Program-made: the position numbers and the translations under genes
In this document: positions 39,106-49,444 of the stretch, one piece after another
Layout of the letters: each line of letters begins with the position of its first letter
How positions within the stretch are numbered: the first letter of the stretch is position 1
Assembly (NCBI GenBank): GCA_024275315.1
Contig: JAJRZK010000049.1
Location: 74,577 to 138,576, forward strand
Length of the DNA stretch: 64,000 bases
Reading direction: 5' to 3'
DNA from: Nitrospirota bacterium
GTDB lineage: Bacteria; Nitrospinota_A; UBA7883
Notes under the pieces: model-generated
Database searches by the model: none
Told to the model about the DNA's origin: nothing
Seen by the model: the letters and a program-made list of their open reading frames with translations, nothing else

Positions 39106-42100
39106 TTATCTGCACGGCGCGAACCGCACGACGCTCGAAGACTCCTCCACGACCTCGCGGAGGGATCTGGCTGCATGGTCTATATCATCATCGACACAGT
39201 CATGCCCCAGCGAAAAACGAACGGAGCAATGGGCCTCCTCCTCCGACAACCCCATGGCGAGCAACGCGTGGGAAGGGTCGGGCGACCCGGACCGGCACGC
39301 GGACCCTGATGACAGGTAAACACCCTTCCTGTCCATCGCCAGCACCACCGATTCGCCTCGATACCCGGGCAGTGTCATGTTCAGCGTGTTTGGAAGCGAC
39401 GGCCCATGTTCAGGTCCGTTAACAAAGGCTTCCGGCGTTATTTTCATTATCTCGCCTCGCAACCGGTCACGCATGGCGGCGAGTTTTCCCATCATGGACA
39501 GGCGAGACGGGATCAGTTCGGCCGCCTTGCCAAGGCCCGCTATCGAGGCGACGTTCTCTGTCCCCGCTCTTAATCCCCCCTCCTGCGACCCTCCGTGCAC
39601 CAGTGGTTCGACCCGGACCCCCTGGCGTATGTAAAGCGCCCCCACACCCTTGGGGCCGTTGAACTTGTGGCCGGAGAGGCTCAGCATATCCACGCCCAGT
39701 TCCTTTACATCCACATGGATTTTCCCCAGGCCCTGCACCGCGTCGGTATGAAATATCATACCTCTGGTCTTGGCTATTTTCGCCATCTCGGCTATCGGCT
39801 GGATCGCGCCGGTCTCATTATTCGCCATCATCACGCTTACCAGGATGGTGTCGGGGCGTATGTAGTCTTCAAGATCGCCAGGGTCGAGCAGGCCGCGGGT
39901 ATCCGGGGCGAGGCGCGTTATCTCGAACCCGAATTTTTCCAGCCACCGGCATGTCGACCCGACGGCCGGGTGCTCTATGGCGGATGTTATTATATGCCGG
40001 CCTTTGTTCCGGTGGGCGAACGCGGCGCCTTTTATGGCCAGGTTGTTCGCCTCGGACCCGCCGCCGGTGAATACGATCCTTCTTGCGGCGCAGTTGAGCG
40101 CCACGGCAAGCTTGCGGCGGGCGGCTCCGACGGAGAAGCGGATTTGCGCTCCCTTGGTGTGGACGCTGGAGGGGTTTGCGTAGTGTTCGGTCAGAAAAGG
40201 CTCCATTGCGGAGGCCACCTCCGGATCCATTCGGGTGGTGGCGTTGTTGTCCATGTAGACCTGTCTTTCTGCAGTCACACCCTCCTGGAAGGATCCGGAA
40301 CTTTCACACACCTCCGCAATTTCGCCAGAGCCGATGACAACGCACGATGTTTCGGACTCCACCGCGCTCACCTGGCAAAGCAGGGTCTTGTATATGGGAA
40401 ACCCCGATATGGGATCGTAACGGCTGATGTCGGTCAGTTCGTTCACGTTGCATCTGCGCCAGGCTTCCGGCCCGACCGGCCCGCCGCCGCCCATGTTCGC
40501 GTCGACGGAACCTTTGACAATATCATCTGTCACCATCGCCCGGAATTTTACTTTTCCCCGCGCGGTTGTCACATGCACCATGTCGCCGTTTTTTATTCCC
40601 CGGCTTTCGGCGTCTTGTGTATTGATTGTCACAGTCGGCTCCGGCCGTTCCTTCACCAGCGAAGGTATGGAGTGGAACTGCGACCGGAAATCCGTGGTTA
40701 CCCGCGATCCGGAATTGAACACCAGCGGGAACCTGTCCGCCAGGTCCGGCCTGCTCAAAGGGCCCTCTACAGGTTCCGTGTACACCGGCAGGGGGTCGTA
40801 GCCATGCTCTTCTAGTATGGTGGAGTGTATCTCGAATTTGCCGCTGGGTGTGTCGAACCCCGGGGCGCCGTCCGGCCTCAGCGTCCCTTTCTCCCATTTC
40901 TTGTATTGGCTCATCGCGGTTGGTTTGCGGATGATCCCGCCCGCTTCTTTCGCGTCCTCCAGGCTGTAGCCGGACCCTTCCAGAGCATGGCGCAACATCG
41001 CACGCTCGTCTTTCGGGTAGGCGCCGGCGTATCCCAGACATTCGGCGAGACCGGTTAATATGGTGTAGTCGTTACGCGCTTCGCCTATCGGTTCGATCAC
41101 CTTTTCCCGCAGCCGGAATATCGGCCCATATGTCATATATGAATCTATTTCGTAATAGGTGGTCGCAGGCAGGACGATGTCGGCGTAGGCGCTGTCGGCC
41201 GTCAACTGCCGATCGACACACACGAGAAAATCAAGAGCGTTTAACGTCTCTTTCCAAACGCCGCTCTCCGGCCAGGCGGTGATGATCGATCCGCCCAGTG
41301 TTATCAGCGCGCTTATTTTGTACGGTTTGCCGCGCAGCACCGAGTCCGGCAGGGATATCGCGTGCGACTCGCCCCTGTATTGGCTGTAGACAGGGAACCG
41401 GTCCCTGCCGAGGGCCTTTTTCATGTCCGGGTTGGGGATGTGGCCGGACCTGTTTATGGGAAAGTGGTTGTCCCTCATGGAGAAACACCTGCCGCCGGGG
41501 GTATCGAGCTGGCCGGCCAGCGCCCATAGAACCTGGGTGGCGCGGATCGCCTGCACTCCGCTGTCGCTGTACTCCAGCCCGCTGTACATGACAGGAGACG
41601 CTCCCCTGGCTTCGGCTATGCGGCGCGCCAGCGACCTCACCGTCTCCGACGGGACACCGGTCACGCTCTCCACGGTCTCCGGCCGGAAATGCTGCACATA
41701 CCGTTTCAGGTCGTCAAAGCCCAGTGTCCAGTTGTCGACGAATTTTTCATCGTACAACTCCTCCTCGATCAGGACGTTGATCATGCCAAGCGCCAGCGAC
41801 CCGTCGGTGCCTGACCTTATGGGTATCCATTGCGCCCCTGTGGCCTTCGCCGTGGAGGTTCTTCGAGGGTCTATCACCACAACCTCCGCCCCGCGTTCCC
41901 TCGCCTTTATTATCCTGTTGAAATCAAGAGGCGGGCAGTCGGTCGCCGGGTTGGCGCCCCATACGACCACAAGCTCCGCGTTCTCTATGTCCGAATACAT
42001 GTTGATCAGCATTCCGCCGCAGGTGACATGGGGGGCGATCATGGCGAAGGAGACATAGCACAGCGCTCCAACTCCCAGGGTGTTGGGCGAACCGAAAGGG

Positions 42101-42516
42101 AACAACACGCTCGACGCTGATGACACCGCCACCCCCTCCGGCTGGAAAATGTCGCACAGGGAAAGCTCGAAACTGCCGCGCCCGGTGTAAATCGCCGTCG
42201 CCTCAGGCCCCTGGTCGGCTTTGATCCTGTTGAATTTTTCGGCGATGGATTCGTACGCCTGGTCCCATGTGATTCGCTCGAATTCGAACGTCCCCTTGGG
42301 ACCCACCCGTTTCATGGGATATCTGATCCGGTCTTTCGAATAAACAATTTCCCTCGAGTGTTCGCCGAGTTTGCAGATCATGCCAAGATCGGAAGATTCG
42401 TCGGCGCGGACTTTGTCTATCTTCCCGTCGGAGTCAAAAGTGACGACAACCCAGCATCCGGCCGGGCATATGCCGCAGATACATTTACGTTCGGCAGTGT
42501 TGCTTTTACCTGGCAT
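39106..42516 (-). CDS. mes: Molybdopterin oxidoreductase (acetylene-hydratase-like) fused to NifS/IscS cysteine desulfurase; MES-type ergothioneine synthase
   Basis: CGICPAGC..CKLG Fe-S motif, WGANP, DPRRT, ADIVLPA; then YMDNNATT, HTDAVQ, SGHKFNGPKG (PLP Lys), SSGSAC; C-terminal APCR; egtD immediately downstream. Confidence 0.88.
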   Translation of the reverse strand: MPGKSNTAERKCICGICPAGCWVVVTFDSDGKIDKVRADESSDLGMICKLGEHSREIVYSKDRIRYPMKRVGPKGTFEFERITWDQAYESIAEKFNRIKADQGPEATAIYTGRGSFELSLCDIFQPEGVAVSSASSVLFPFGSPNTLGVGALCYVSFAMIAPHVTCGGMLINMYSDIENAELVVVWGANPATDCPPLDFNRIIKARERGAEVVVIDPRRTSTAKATGAQWIPIRSGTDGSLALGMINVLIEEELYDEKFVDNWTLGFDDLKRYVQHFRPETVESVTGVPSETVRSLARRIAEARGASPVMYSGLEYSDSGVQAIRATQVLWALAGQLDTPGGRCFSMRDNHFPINRSGHIPNPDMKKALGRDRFPVYSQYRGESHAISLPDSVLRGKPYKISALITLGGSIITAWPESGVWKETLNALDFLVCVDRQLTADSAYADIVLPATTYYEIDSYMTYGPIFRLREKVIEPIGEARNDYTILTGLAECLGYAGAYPKDERAMLRHALEGSGYSLEDAKEAGGIIRKPTAMSQYKKWEKGTLRPDGAPGFDTPSGKFEIHSTILEEHGYDPLPVYTEPVEGPLSRPDLADRFPLVFNSGSRVTTDFRSQFHSIPSLVKERPEPTVTINTQDAESRGIKNGDMVHVTTARGKVKFRAMVTDDIVKGSVDANMGGGGPVGPEAWRRCNVNELTDISRYDPISGFPIYKTLLCQVSAVESETSCVVIGSGEIAEVCESSGSFQEGVTAERQVYMDNNATTRMDPEVASAMEPFLTEHYANPSSVHTKGAQIRFSVGAARRKLAVALNCAARRIVFTGGGSEANNLAIKGAAFAHRNKGRHIITSAIEHPAVGSTCRWLEKFGFEITRLAPDTRGLLDPGDLEDYIRPDTILVSVMMANNETGAIQPIAEMAKIAKTRGMIFHTDAVQGLGKIHVDVKELGVDMLSLSGHKFNGPKGVGALYIRQGVRVEPLVHGGSQEGGLRAGTENVASIAGLGKAAELIPSRLSMMGKLAAMRDRLRGEIMKITPEAFVNGPEHGPSLPNTLNMTLPGYRGESVVLAMDRKGVYLSSGSACRSGSPDPSHALLAMGLSEEEAHCSVRFSLGHDCVDDDIDHAARSLREVVEESSSVVRFAPCR

Positions 42517-42616
42517 GCGGAACAGGTAAATCGGGAGTACTCATCGATCCGACGCCCTCCATCATTGTCGCGGATTGAAACCTAGTTTACTACGATCTCA
42601 TATTTTAGACTCGATA

Positions 42617-44200
42617 TCAAACCGGCCGTGGTTTGCCCACATGCGGTATCGGGGTATATAGGGATATCTCGTCGCAGGTGGTGGCGATATCGTCCAACGA
42701 CAGGTCGTGAATGTTCCCATGCCCGCATATGCGTGCAAAATCAGCCAGTTGACGTTTTGTGGTTTCAAAAAACGACGCCAGCTTGGCCGCGGACGTGTCC
42801 ACATCCAGCCTTTTGCGCAGGGTTTCGTCCTGGGTGGCTATTCCAACGGGGCACCTGCCGGTATGGCACGCCCGGTATTGCTGGCATCCTATGGCCATCA
42901 GGCTCGACGTGGCGCACGCCACAGCAGTGGCGCCCATGGCTATGGCTTTCGCGAAATCCGACGGAACACGAAGACCGCCTGTGACCAGGATGTCGGTCTT
43001 GACCCCATGTTTGACCATAAAGTCGATGACGCGGCTTAATGCGTAGAAAGTGGGGACGCAGATGTTTTCCTTCACATGTTTCGGTGCGGCCCCGGTGGCC
43101 CCTCCGCGTCCGTCGATTGTTATAAAATCAGGTTCGCATTCCAGCGCGGCGGCAAGATCCTCCTCCACCCTGCTTGCGGCGAATTTTATCCCGACCGGTT
43201 TTCCCGATATGTTCCGCCTTATCTCCATCACCCTGGTTTTCAGGTCGGCCGCCGATCGGATGTCCCTGAAATGCGAAGGTGAAATAGCGTCCTGGCCCGG
43301 TTTCAATCCCCGGACTTTCGCGATTTCCGGTGTCACCTTTTTCCCTGGCAACATCCCGCCCATGCCGGCCTTGGCCGCCTGGCCGATCTTGATTTCCACA
43401 CCGTCCGCTTTTGCCATCGCCTCGTCTGTCCAGCCGAAATATCCGCTGGCCATTTCCAGGATGTAAACCCCGGCGCCATCTCTCTCATCGTCGAGCATTC
43501 CACCCTCGCCGGAGCATATCATCGTTCCAGCGCTCGCCGATCCTTTAGCCAATGCGATTTTCGCTTCTCGCGAGAGAGCGCCGAAGCTCATATGCGAAAC
43601 GTAGACCGGCAGGCTGATCGTGACGGGGTTGGCGGCGGATTTGCCGATTATGGTGGAAAGCTTTACCGGTTCGTCGTCGTGCAGGGGGAACGCGGCCAAT
43701 TGGCGTGGCAGAAACACGACCTTCGACCAGAGGTTGTCCTTGCGCTCGGGTCCCATCGGGTCTGTGTATCCATGCTCTCCCACGTAGCCGTCGGCCATGT
43801 GGTGGATCATTTCCATATCCCGCTCGATATCGTCCTGCCGCCTGCGCCAGGGGTCGAGGTAATCGCCCAACGGGGGCTGGGTCTGTTCATCCGGAACGTC
43901 GACGTACAATCCGTCGCTCCGGATCTCCACCCTGTATGTCCGTATCCTGTCCTGCGGGTTATAGGACGACACCCCGGTGGCGAGGTCGAAATTCCATTTG
44001 TGCAAACCGCATACGATCTCGCCGGTCGCGGTGTTCAACGACCCGTCGCAAAGCTGTCCTCCACGGTGGGGGCACCTGTCGTCCACGGCGTAATAGTCGT
44101 CCCCGATCCTGGCGAGAAGCATCCTCCGGCCGCCGCCTTTTACGCACATTTTGTCGCCAGGGGCCAGCTCGTCTGTTTGCGCAACCTTGAAAAACACCAC
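42617..44200 (-). CDS. Rieske domain fused to FMN-binding glutamate synthase domain (GltB2-like)
   Basis: CPHRGG...CGLHKWNF Rieske; MSFGALS, SGEGG, EIKIGQAAK, DGRGGATGAAP, CQQYRACHTGRCPVG. Confidence 0.88.
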   Translation of the reverse strand: MVFFKVAQTDELAPGDKMCVKGGGRRMLLARIGDDYYAVDDRCPHRGGQLCDGSLNTATGEIVCGLHKWNFDLATGVSSYNPQDRIRTYRVEIRSDGLYVDVPDEQTQPPLGDYLDPWRRRQDDIERDMEMIHHMADGYVGEHGYTDPMGPERKDNLWSKVVFLPRQLAAFPLHDDEPVKLSTIIGKSAANPVTISLPVYVSHMSFGALSREAKIALAKGSASAGTMICSGEGGMLDDERDGAGVYILEMASGYFGWTDEAMAKADGVEIKIGQAAKAGMGGMLPGKKVTPEIAKVRGLKPGQDAISPSHFRDIRSAADLKTRVMEIRRNISGKPVGIKFAASRVEEDLAAALECEPDFITIDGRGGATGAAPKHVKENICVPTFYALSRVIDFMVKHGVKTDILVTGGLRVPSDFAKAIAMGATAVACATSSLMAIGCQQYRACHTGRCPVGIATQDETLRKRLDVDTSAAKLASFFETTKRQLADFARICGHGNIHDLSLDDIATTCDEISLYTPIPHVGKPRPV

Positions 44201-44221
44201 TTTAACACCTCGATTTACGTG

Positions 44222-44503
44222 TCATGGTGTAATTTCCACACCTTTCCAGAAAGCCAAACGGTTTTTAATCATTTCCGCTTTTTCTTTTGGCTCCGGATAA
44301 TACCATGCCGCGTCTTCATTGGTTTTTCCGCCCACATGGATGTGATAATAGCTGGCCCTGCCTTTCCATGGACACACAGAGGTTGACGAGCTTGGTTTGA
44401 AATATTCGCTGTGAACGGAATCGGACGGGAAATAGTGGTTCCCCTCGACTACGATCGTGTCGTCGCTCTGCGCGAGAATGGCGCCATTCCAGATAGCTTT
44501 CAT
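44222..44503 (-). CDS. DUF427 family protein
   Basis: MKAIWNG.ILAQS...VEGNHYFP...CPWKG.ASYY...AAWYYP. Confidence 0.9.
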   Translation of the reverse strand: MKAIWNGAILAQSDDTIVVEGNHYFPSDSVHSEYFKPSSSTSVCPWKGRASYYHIHVGGKTNEDAAWYYPEPKEKAEMIKNRLAFWKGVEITP

Positions 44504-44613
44504 AATATCGATCCCGGGTGTACTATTGTTATAAAGATGTTCGATCATTATAATCACGATGATGAAGCTTTGCGAAGTCGATTCTGCCTTGTTAGGAGAA
44601 TTATTATAACCGT

Positions 44614-46380
44614 ATGGCATCTTCCAACCCGGCAAATCCCCTGAGCGACATCGGCTATTTTCGTCGTTGCGTTCTTGCAGAGCTGAAAGAACCTTCGGTT
44701 TATTTCTTATCCATCATCATAGGATGCGGTATAAACCTGCTGTCCGGATCCCTGCACCTCGCTCCGTTTTATGTGCCCCTGTTTGTCCAGGTGCTTTCAA
44801 AAGCGTCGGTGCATTTCAACAGCAGGTTCGACAACCAGCTTCTCGAGCTTCCCTTGCAAAGAAAGGACCCGGCGTTTGTCATGGACTCCGGCGGAGATAT
44901 CATAATTTTGCCTGAAAAATTCAGGGATATTTTTGACAGCTCGTCCATCACGAGCATAAAAGACCTGGTGGACCCGCGCACCGCCGGGTTGATACTGGGA
45001 AAATTTCCTGCCGGATCCGATGAGCCTGCCGATATATCCATGGAGGCCTACTCCGAAACGCTGGGGAAATGGTACCTTGTCCACGCCAGACGCTCGCCGG
45101 GGGAAAACTCGATCAGGTCGGGGGCCATACTGGTCTGGTTGCAGGATGTGACACCCCTGAAACATTTCGACCAGAGCATGGCCAGCTTGCTGAATTTTAC
45201 CGGCGGGATCGTATCGGAGCTGGAGAGCATCGTCAAACGAAACGATATCTACGACAGGCTGGCCGACTTTGTTATCCACAGCGGGTGGGGCGGGGCGATG
45301 ATTACAAGGAAAGAAAAAGAAGGCGGCTTGAGCGGGAGGGTTTTCAAATTAAACGAGGACAACAAGATCAGCTCGAAGCGAATAACCTTCGACAAGAATT
45401 CGTCCGCGCCGGTGTTTCTGTCCCGAAAGACAGACAAGGTGGTGTCGGATGATGTGAGTAATTACGATTCCAGGGACACGTTTGAAAGCCGGTATCCCTT
45501 CGACCCCCGGGTCAAGAGTTTCATAGGCGAGGATATCGACAATTTTATCAACTACCACCAGGACGATATTTCCATAATCGTTTTCAACAAGGAGGGCGGG
45601 TCTTCCTTTTACGAACGCAGGTTCATGGAAACCCTTGTGGACATGTCCAGGACAATCGTATACCTGGTTGACCTTGCCATAGAGAACGACGAGCAGTTTC
45701 TGCAAAAGGTCATGGGGCTTTGCGCGGCGGCGGAATACAGCGACGAGATCACGGGGAAGCACATCGTGCGGGTGAACGAGTATAGCCGGTTTGTCGCGGA
45801 ACAAATGGGGATGGATGACAAGTTCACCGATTCTATCGGCAAAGTGGCCGCCCTGCACGACATCGGGAAGGTGGCCATATCCGAGCTTATCAAGCTTGCG
45901 AGAAAATATACAGACGAGGAGAGGGCGCGAATGCAGATGCACACGGTGTATGGAGCCCATATCATCGGAGAGATGATCAAGTTCGCTTCCAAAGAGGATT
46001 ATCGCCTCACCATGGCCAGGAACATAGCTTTGCACCATCACCAGACATACAACGGGAAGGGGTATCCGGGATTGAAGAAAAACGGGAACCAGGTTTCGCC
46101 TACTAGTAAGAACATGGAATTTTACGTCGACCTGGAGCCTCTTAGCGGTGATGAGATTCCCGTTGAAGGGCTGATGGTTGGTTTGGCGGACAGGTATGAC
46201 GCGCTTCGAAGCGCCAGGCAGTACAAACCGGAGTTTTCCCACGAAAAAACGATGGATATAATGCTTAAAGACGACAGGACAAGCGTTACCGGCGAACAAT
46301 GGTACGGTCCCGCGCTGTGGAGAAATTTTATGGAGAACCACGAAACTTTCGACCGGATTTTCGAGAAACTGAAAGATTGA
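44614..46380 (+). CDS. Membrane-associated HD-GYP c-di-GMP phosphodiesterase
   Basis: TGKHIVRV, ALHDIGK, HHQTYNGKGYP, ADRYDAL..RQYK. Confidence 0.85.
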   Translation: MASSNPANPLSDIGYFRRCVLAELKEPSVYFLSIIIGCGINLLSGSLHLAPFYVPLFVQVLSKASVHFNSRFDNQLLELPLQRKDPAFVMDSGGDIIILPEKFRDIFDSSSITSIKDLVDPRTAGLILGKFPAGSDEPADISMEAYSETLGKWYLVHARRSPGENSIRSGAILVWLQDVTPLKHFDQSMASLLNFTGGIVSELESIVKRNDIYDRLADFVIHSGWGGAMITRKEKEGGLSGRVFKLNEDNKISSKRITFDKNSSAPVFLSRKTDKVVSDDVSNYDSRDTFESRYPFDPRVKSFIGEDIDNFINYHQDDISIIVFNKEGGSSFYERRFMETLVDMSRTIVYLVDLAIENDEQFLQKVMGLCAAAEYSDEITGKHIVRVNEYSRFVAEQMGMDDKFTDSIGKVAALHDIGKVAISELIKLARKYTDEERARMQMHTVYGAHIIGEMIKFASKEDYRLTMARNIALHHHQTYNGKGYPGLKKNGNQVSPTSKNMEFYVDLEPLSGDEIPVEGLMVGLADRYDALRSARQYKPEFSHEKTMDIMLKDDRTSVTGEQWYGPALWRNFMENHETFDRIFEKLKD

Positions 46381-46393
46381 AGGTTATAGCCGG

Positions 46394-46654
46394 ATGAACA
46401 GCGGGAAAATTCGGGAAGCTCTCGCCAGGGCCGCTTTCAACAGGGGCAAGGCGCATATTTCGTCCGACATCGGCCGCGGCGGAAAACCTGATTTCTGGGG
46501 AGGTTGCTCCAATCCGGCCGATGGGGAATTTTTCGCCGTGGTAGACAAAATACTGGCGCAAGACAGCGACCCCCTGCAGGCCATCGGCGATATGAAGCTG
46601 AACCTGGAGGAGATAGAAAAACAACTGAAACGAACAGTGACCAGATCAGGATAA
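46394..46654 (+). CDS. Hypothetical protein
   Basis: Fills the gap between the HD-GYP gene and pncA on the same strand. Confidence 0.45.
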   Translation: MNSGKIREALARAAFNRGKAHISSDIGRGGKPDFWGGCSNPADGEFFAVVDKILAQDSDPLQAIGDMKLNLEEIEKQLKRTVTRSG

Positions 46655-46658
46655 CGAC

Positions 46659-47300
46659 ATGTCCCGCACAACAGCTCTAACAAAAGACGACCTTCTGCTG
46701 GTGGTGGATGTTCAGAACGATTTTTGTCCCGGCGGGGCGCTGGCTGTTCCCGATGGCGATCAGGTTGTTCCGGTGATAAACCGGCTGATGGGCCGTTTTG
46801 AGCATGTCGTCATGACCCAGGACTGGCATCCGCCGGATCATCTTTCCTTCGCCTCGGCGCACCGGGGCAAAACCCCGTACGAGACTGTGGAGCTTTCCTA
46901 TGGCGCACAGATCCTATGGCCGGACCATTGCCGGCAGGGGACTGATGGCGCCCGGTTTCATCCTGGTCTGGACGATTCGCGCGCGGAATTGATCGTCCGC
47001 AAGGGGTTTTGCCGGGAGATAGATTCGTATTCCGCGTTCACCGAAAACGACAGGAGCACCCCCACAGGTCTTACCGGTTATCTGCGGGAACGCGGGTTGA
47101 CCCGTTTATTCATCGTCGGGCTTGCAACGGATTTTTGTGTGCTGTACACCGCTCTCGACGCTGTCGAGCTGGGGTTTAAAGCTGTCGTGATCATGGAAGG
47201 ATGCAGGGGAATGGATGTCGAGGGGTCGATGGAGAAGGCCTGGGAGCGGATGCTGGAAGCCGGCGTGGGAAAAATCGGCGAAGCGGACATCGCGCGATGA
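46659..47300 (+). CDS. pncA: Nicotinamidase/pyrazinamidase
   Basis: VDVQNDF, QDWH, WPDHC, DSYSAF, GLATDFCV. Confidence 0.95.
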   Translation: MSRTTALTKDDLLLVVDVQNDFCPGGALAVPDGDQVVPVINRLMGRFEHVVMTQDWHPPDHLSFASAHRGKTPYETVELSYGAQILWPDHCRQGTDGARFHPGLDDSRAELIVRKGFCREIDSYSAFTENDRSTPTGLTGYLRERGLTRLFIVGLATDFCVLYTALDAVELGFKAVVIMEGCRGMDVEGSMEKAWERMLEAGVGKIGEADIAR

Positions 47301-48730
47301 CGTTTCCACGTTCGGGGCTGGCCACGGATCATTACCAGCTTACGATGATGCAGGGATACTTCGCCACCGGGCTGAACGGACGTGACGCCTGTTTCGACCT
47401 GTTTTTCCGCAGCAACCCCTTTAATGGTGGCTACACGTTAACCGCGGGGCTCGATGACGCTCTGCGGTTTTTAGAAGAGCTTCGGTTCTATCCGGACGAC
47501 ATCGAATATCTGGAGGGGCTGGGCCTGTTCGGGCCGGAATTCCTCGAGTACCTGGAGAGTTTCAGATTCACCGGCGACGTGTTCGCCGCCCCTGAAGGGA
47601 CTGTCATGTTTCCCACGGAACCTGTCGCAAGGGTAATCGCGAAACTGGACCAATGCCAGCTTGTGGAGTCGGCTTTGCTGAACATCATCAATTTTCAGTC
47701 CCTGATAGCGACAAAGGCGGCGAGGGTATGCCATGAAGCCGGAGAGGACAACGTGCTGGAGTTCGGGTTGCGCCGCGCCCAGGGGCACGACGGCGCGCTG
47801 ACTGCCGCGAGAGCGGCCTATATCGGCGGATGCGCGGCCACGTCGAACGTGGAAGCGGGCAAGGTATACGGCATACCCGTGCGTGGCACCCACGCCCATT
47901 CATGGGTCACGGCTTTTCCGGACGAGATAACCGCCTTCAGGAAGTTTGTTGAATTGTATCCGGACAACTCCATTTTGCTGGTGGACACCTATGACACGTT
48001 GAACAGCGGCGTTCCCGCGGCCATACAGGTCGGCCTGGAGATGAAACGAAACGGCCGCAAGCTTGCCGGTATCAGGCTGGACAGCGGCGATCTCGCTTTT
48101 TTATCCATCCGGGCGCGCAAAATGCTCGACGAAGCCGGGCTTGCCGATACGGCGATCGTCTGCTCCTCGGAGCTTGACGAGTTCATAATCCACGACCTTA
48201 ACGCGCAGGGCGCCAGGATAGATATTTTTGGAGTCGGCACGAAGCTGATAAGCGCCAATGGCGACCCTTCCCTGTCCGGTGTGTATAAAATGGCCGCCAT
48301 ACGGGAGCGGGGCGGACAATGGCGAGACACCATAAAAAAAACCGAGGGTTTGAAGAAAGCCACGTTGCCGGGTGTAAAACAGGTGTGGCGCCTGTTCGAT
48401 CACGATAACGAGATGATGGGGGACATCATAGAACTGGAGGACGAAAAACCAGATTTTTCCGGCGGTATACAGGGCGTACATCCCTTTCTCAAGGATGTCG
48501 GCAAAACTTATGATGGTATAAAATCCGCCGACAAGCTGCTGGCGCCTTCGATGGTTAATGGCCGCCGCCTGGCCGAATCACCGTCGCTCCTGCAAATACG
48601 CGCCCGGGCGAAAGAGGAGTTGGATCGACTGCATCCCACGACACGCAGGTTGCTTAACCCCCATGAATACAAAGTCAGCGTAGGCCCGCGATTGAACGAG
48701 CTCACGCAGAAGCTTCGATCCGCGCCGTGA
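47297..48730 (+). CDS. pncB: Nicotinate phosphoribosyltransferase
   Basis: TDHYQLTM, EFGLRRAQG, GTHAHSW, LVDTYDT, IRLDSGD; ATGA overlap with pncA. Confidence 0.95.
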   Translation: MTFPRSGLATDHYQLTMMQGYFATGLNGRDACFDLFFRSNPFNGGYTLTAGLDDALRFLEELRFYPDDIEYLEGLGLFGPEFLEYLESFRFTGDVFAAPEGTVMFPTEPVARVIAKLDQCQLVESALLNIINFQSLIATKAARVCHEAGEDNVLEFGLRRAQGHDGALTAARAAYIGGCAATSNVEAGKVYGIPVRGTHAHSWVTAFPDEITAFRKFVELYPDNSILLVDTYDTLNSGVPAAIQVGLEMKRNGRKLAGIRLDSGDLAFLSIRARKMLDEAGLADTAIVCSSELDEFIIHDLNAQGARIDIFGVGTKLISANGDPSLSGVYKMAAIRERGGQWRDTIKKTEGLKKATLPGVKQVWRLFDHDNEMMGDIIELEDEKPDFSGGIQGVHPFLKDVGKTYDGIKSADKLLAPSMVNGRRLAESPSLLQIRARAKEELDRLHPTTRRLLNPHEYKVSVGPRLNELTQKLRSAP

Positions 48731-48901
48731 CTTTATGAACACGAAAATTGGAGCTTTCCACATATGATCAGATGTTGTACAGTCGATAGATCTGGAACGA
48801 GTCTTGGAGGTGTACAAAGTTAAATGAGTTCCATCGTCCGCCATGGGCGGCGCATCGTTTCGTTGCGCCGGCTTTATTAATTTTCAGCAATAGGAGTAGA
48901 T

Positions 48902-49444
48902 ATGAGAAAGGGAATTTTTTTAACTGTGATGTTCGCCTGTTTTTTCCTGGTGATGTCTGTAGGCCTGTCCGAAGCGTCGAACCCGTGCAACCCGTGCAAT
49001 CCCTGCTCTAAAAAGACGGGCTCCAAGGGAGACGCCAAGAAGCAGATTCGAGCCAAGCATATCACTGATTACAAAAAGCTTGTCGCCATGGGCAAAAAAA
49101 TGTGGAACGACGAGAGCCTGAACGATTCAGGAATGTCGTGCATGACCTGCCATGCGGACCACGAGAACCTGAATCTCGACAAATACCACGGCTTGTGGCC
49201 CCACAACGTAAAAGGTATGACCGACGACATTGTCACTTTGTCCCAGATGATAAACTACTGCCTGATAAACCCGATGGAATCGAAACCGCTGGACTATAAC
49301 AGCATCCATATGACCGCCATGACGGCCTATTACAGGGAATACATAAAAACCTATAAAGGGGCAAATCCCTGTTCGATGAAAAACAACCCCTGCAACCCGT
49401 GCTCGATGAAGAAGAAAAATCCCTGCAACCCATGCGGTCGGTAG
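48902..49444 (+). CDS. Periplasmic monoheme cytochrome c (SoxA/TsdA-like Cys-ligand segment) flanked by Asn-Pro-Cys repeats
   Basis: Signal peptide; CMTCH; QMINYC; 3 N-terminal and 5 C-terminal NPC units. Confidence 0.8.
   Translation: MRKGIFLTVMFACFFLVMSVGLSEASNPCNPCNPCSKKTGSKGDAKKQIRAKHITDYKKLVAMGKKMWNDESLNDSGMSCMTCHADHENLNLDKYHGLWPHNVKGMTDDIVTLSQMINYCLINPMESKPLDYNSIHMTAMTAYYREYIKTYKGANPCSMKNNPCNPCSMKKKNPCNPCGR

Noticed and set aside
25705..42516. Selenoneine pathway inferred from selB being near egtD/mes
   Set aside because: selB is more than 10 kb away and serves translation; no senABC/selD genes seen
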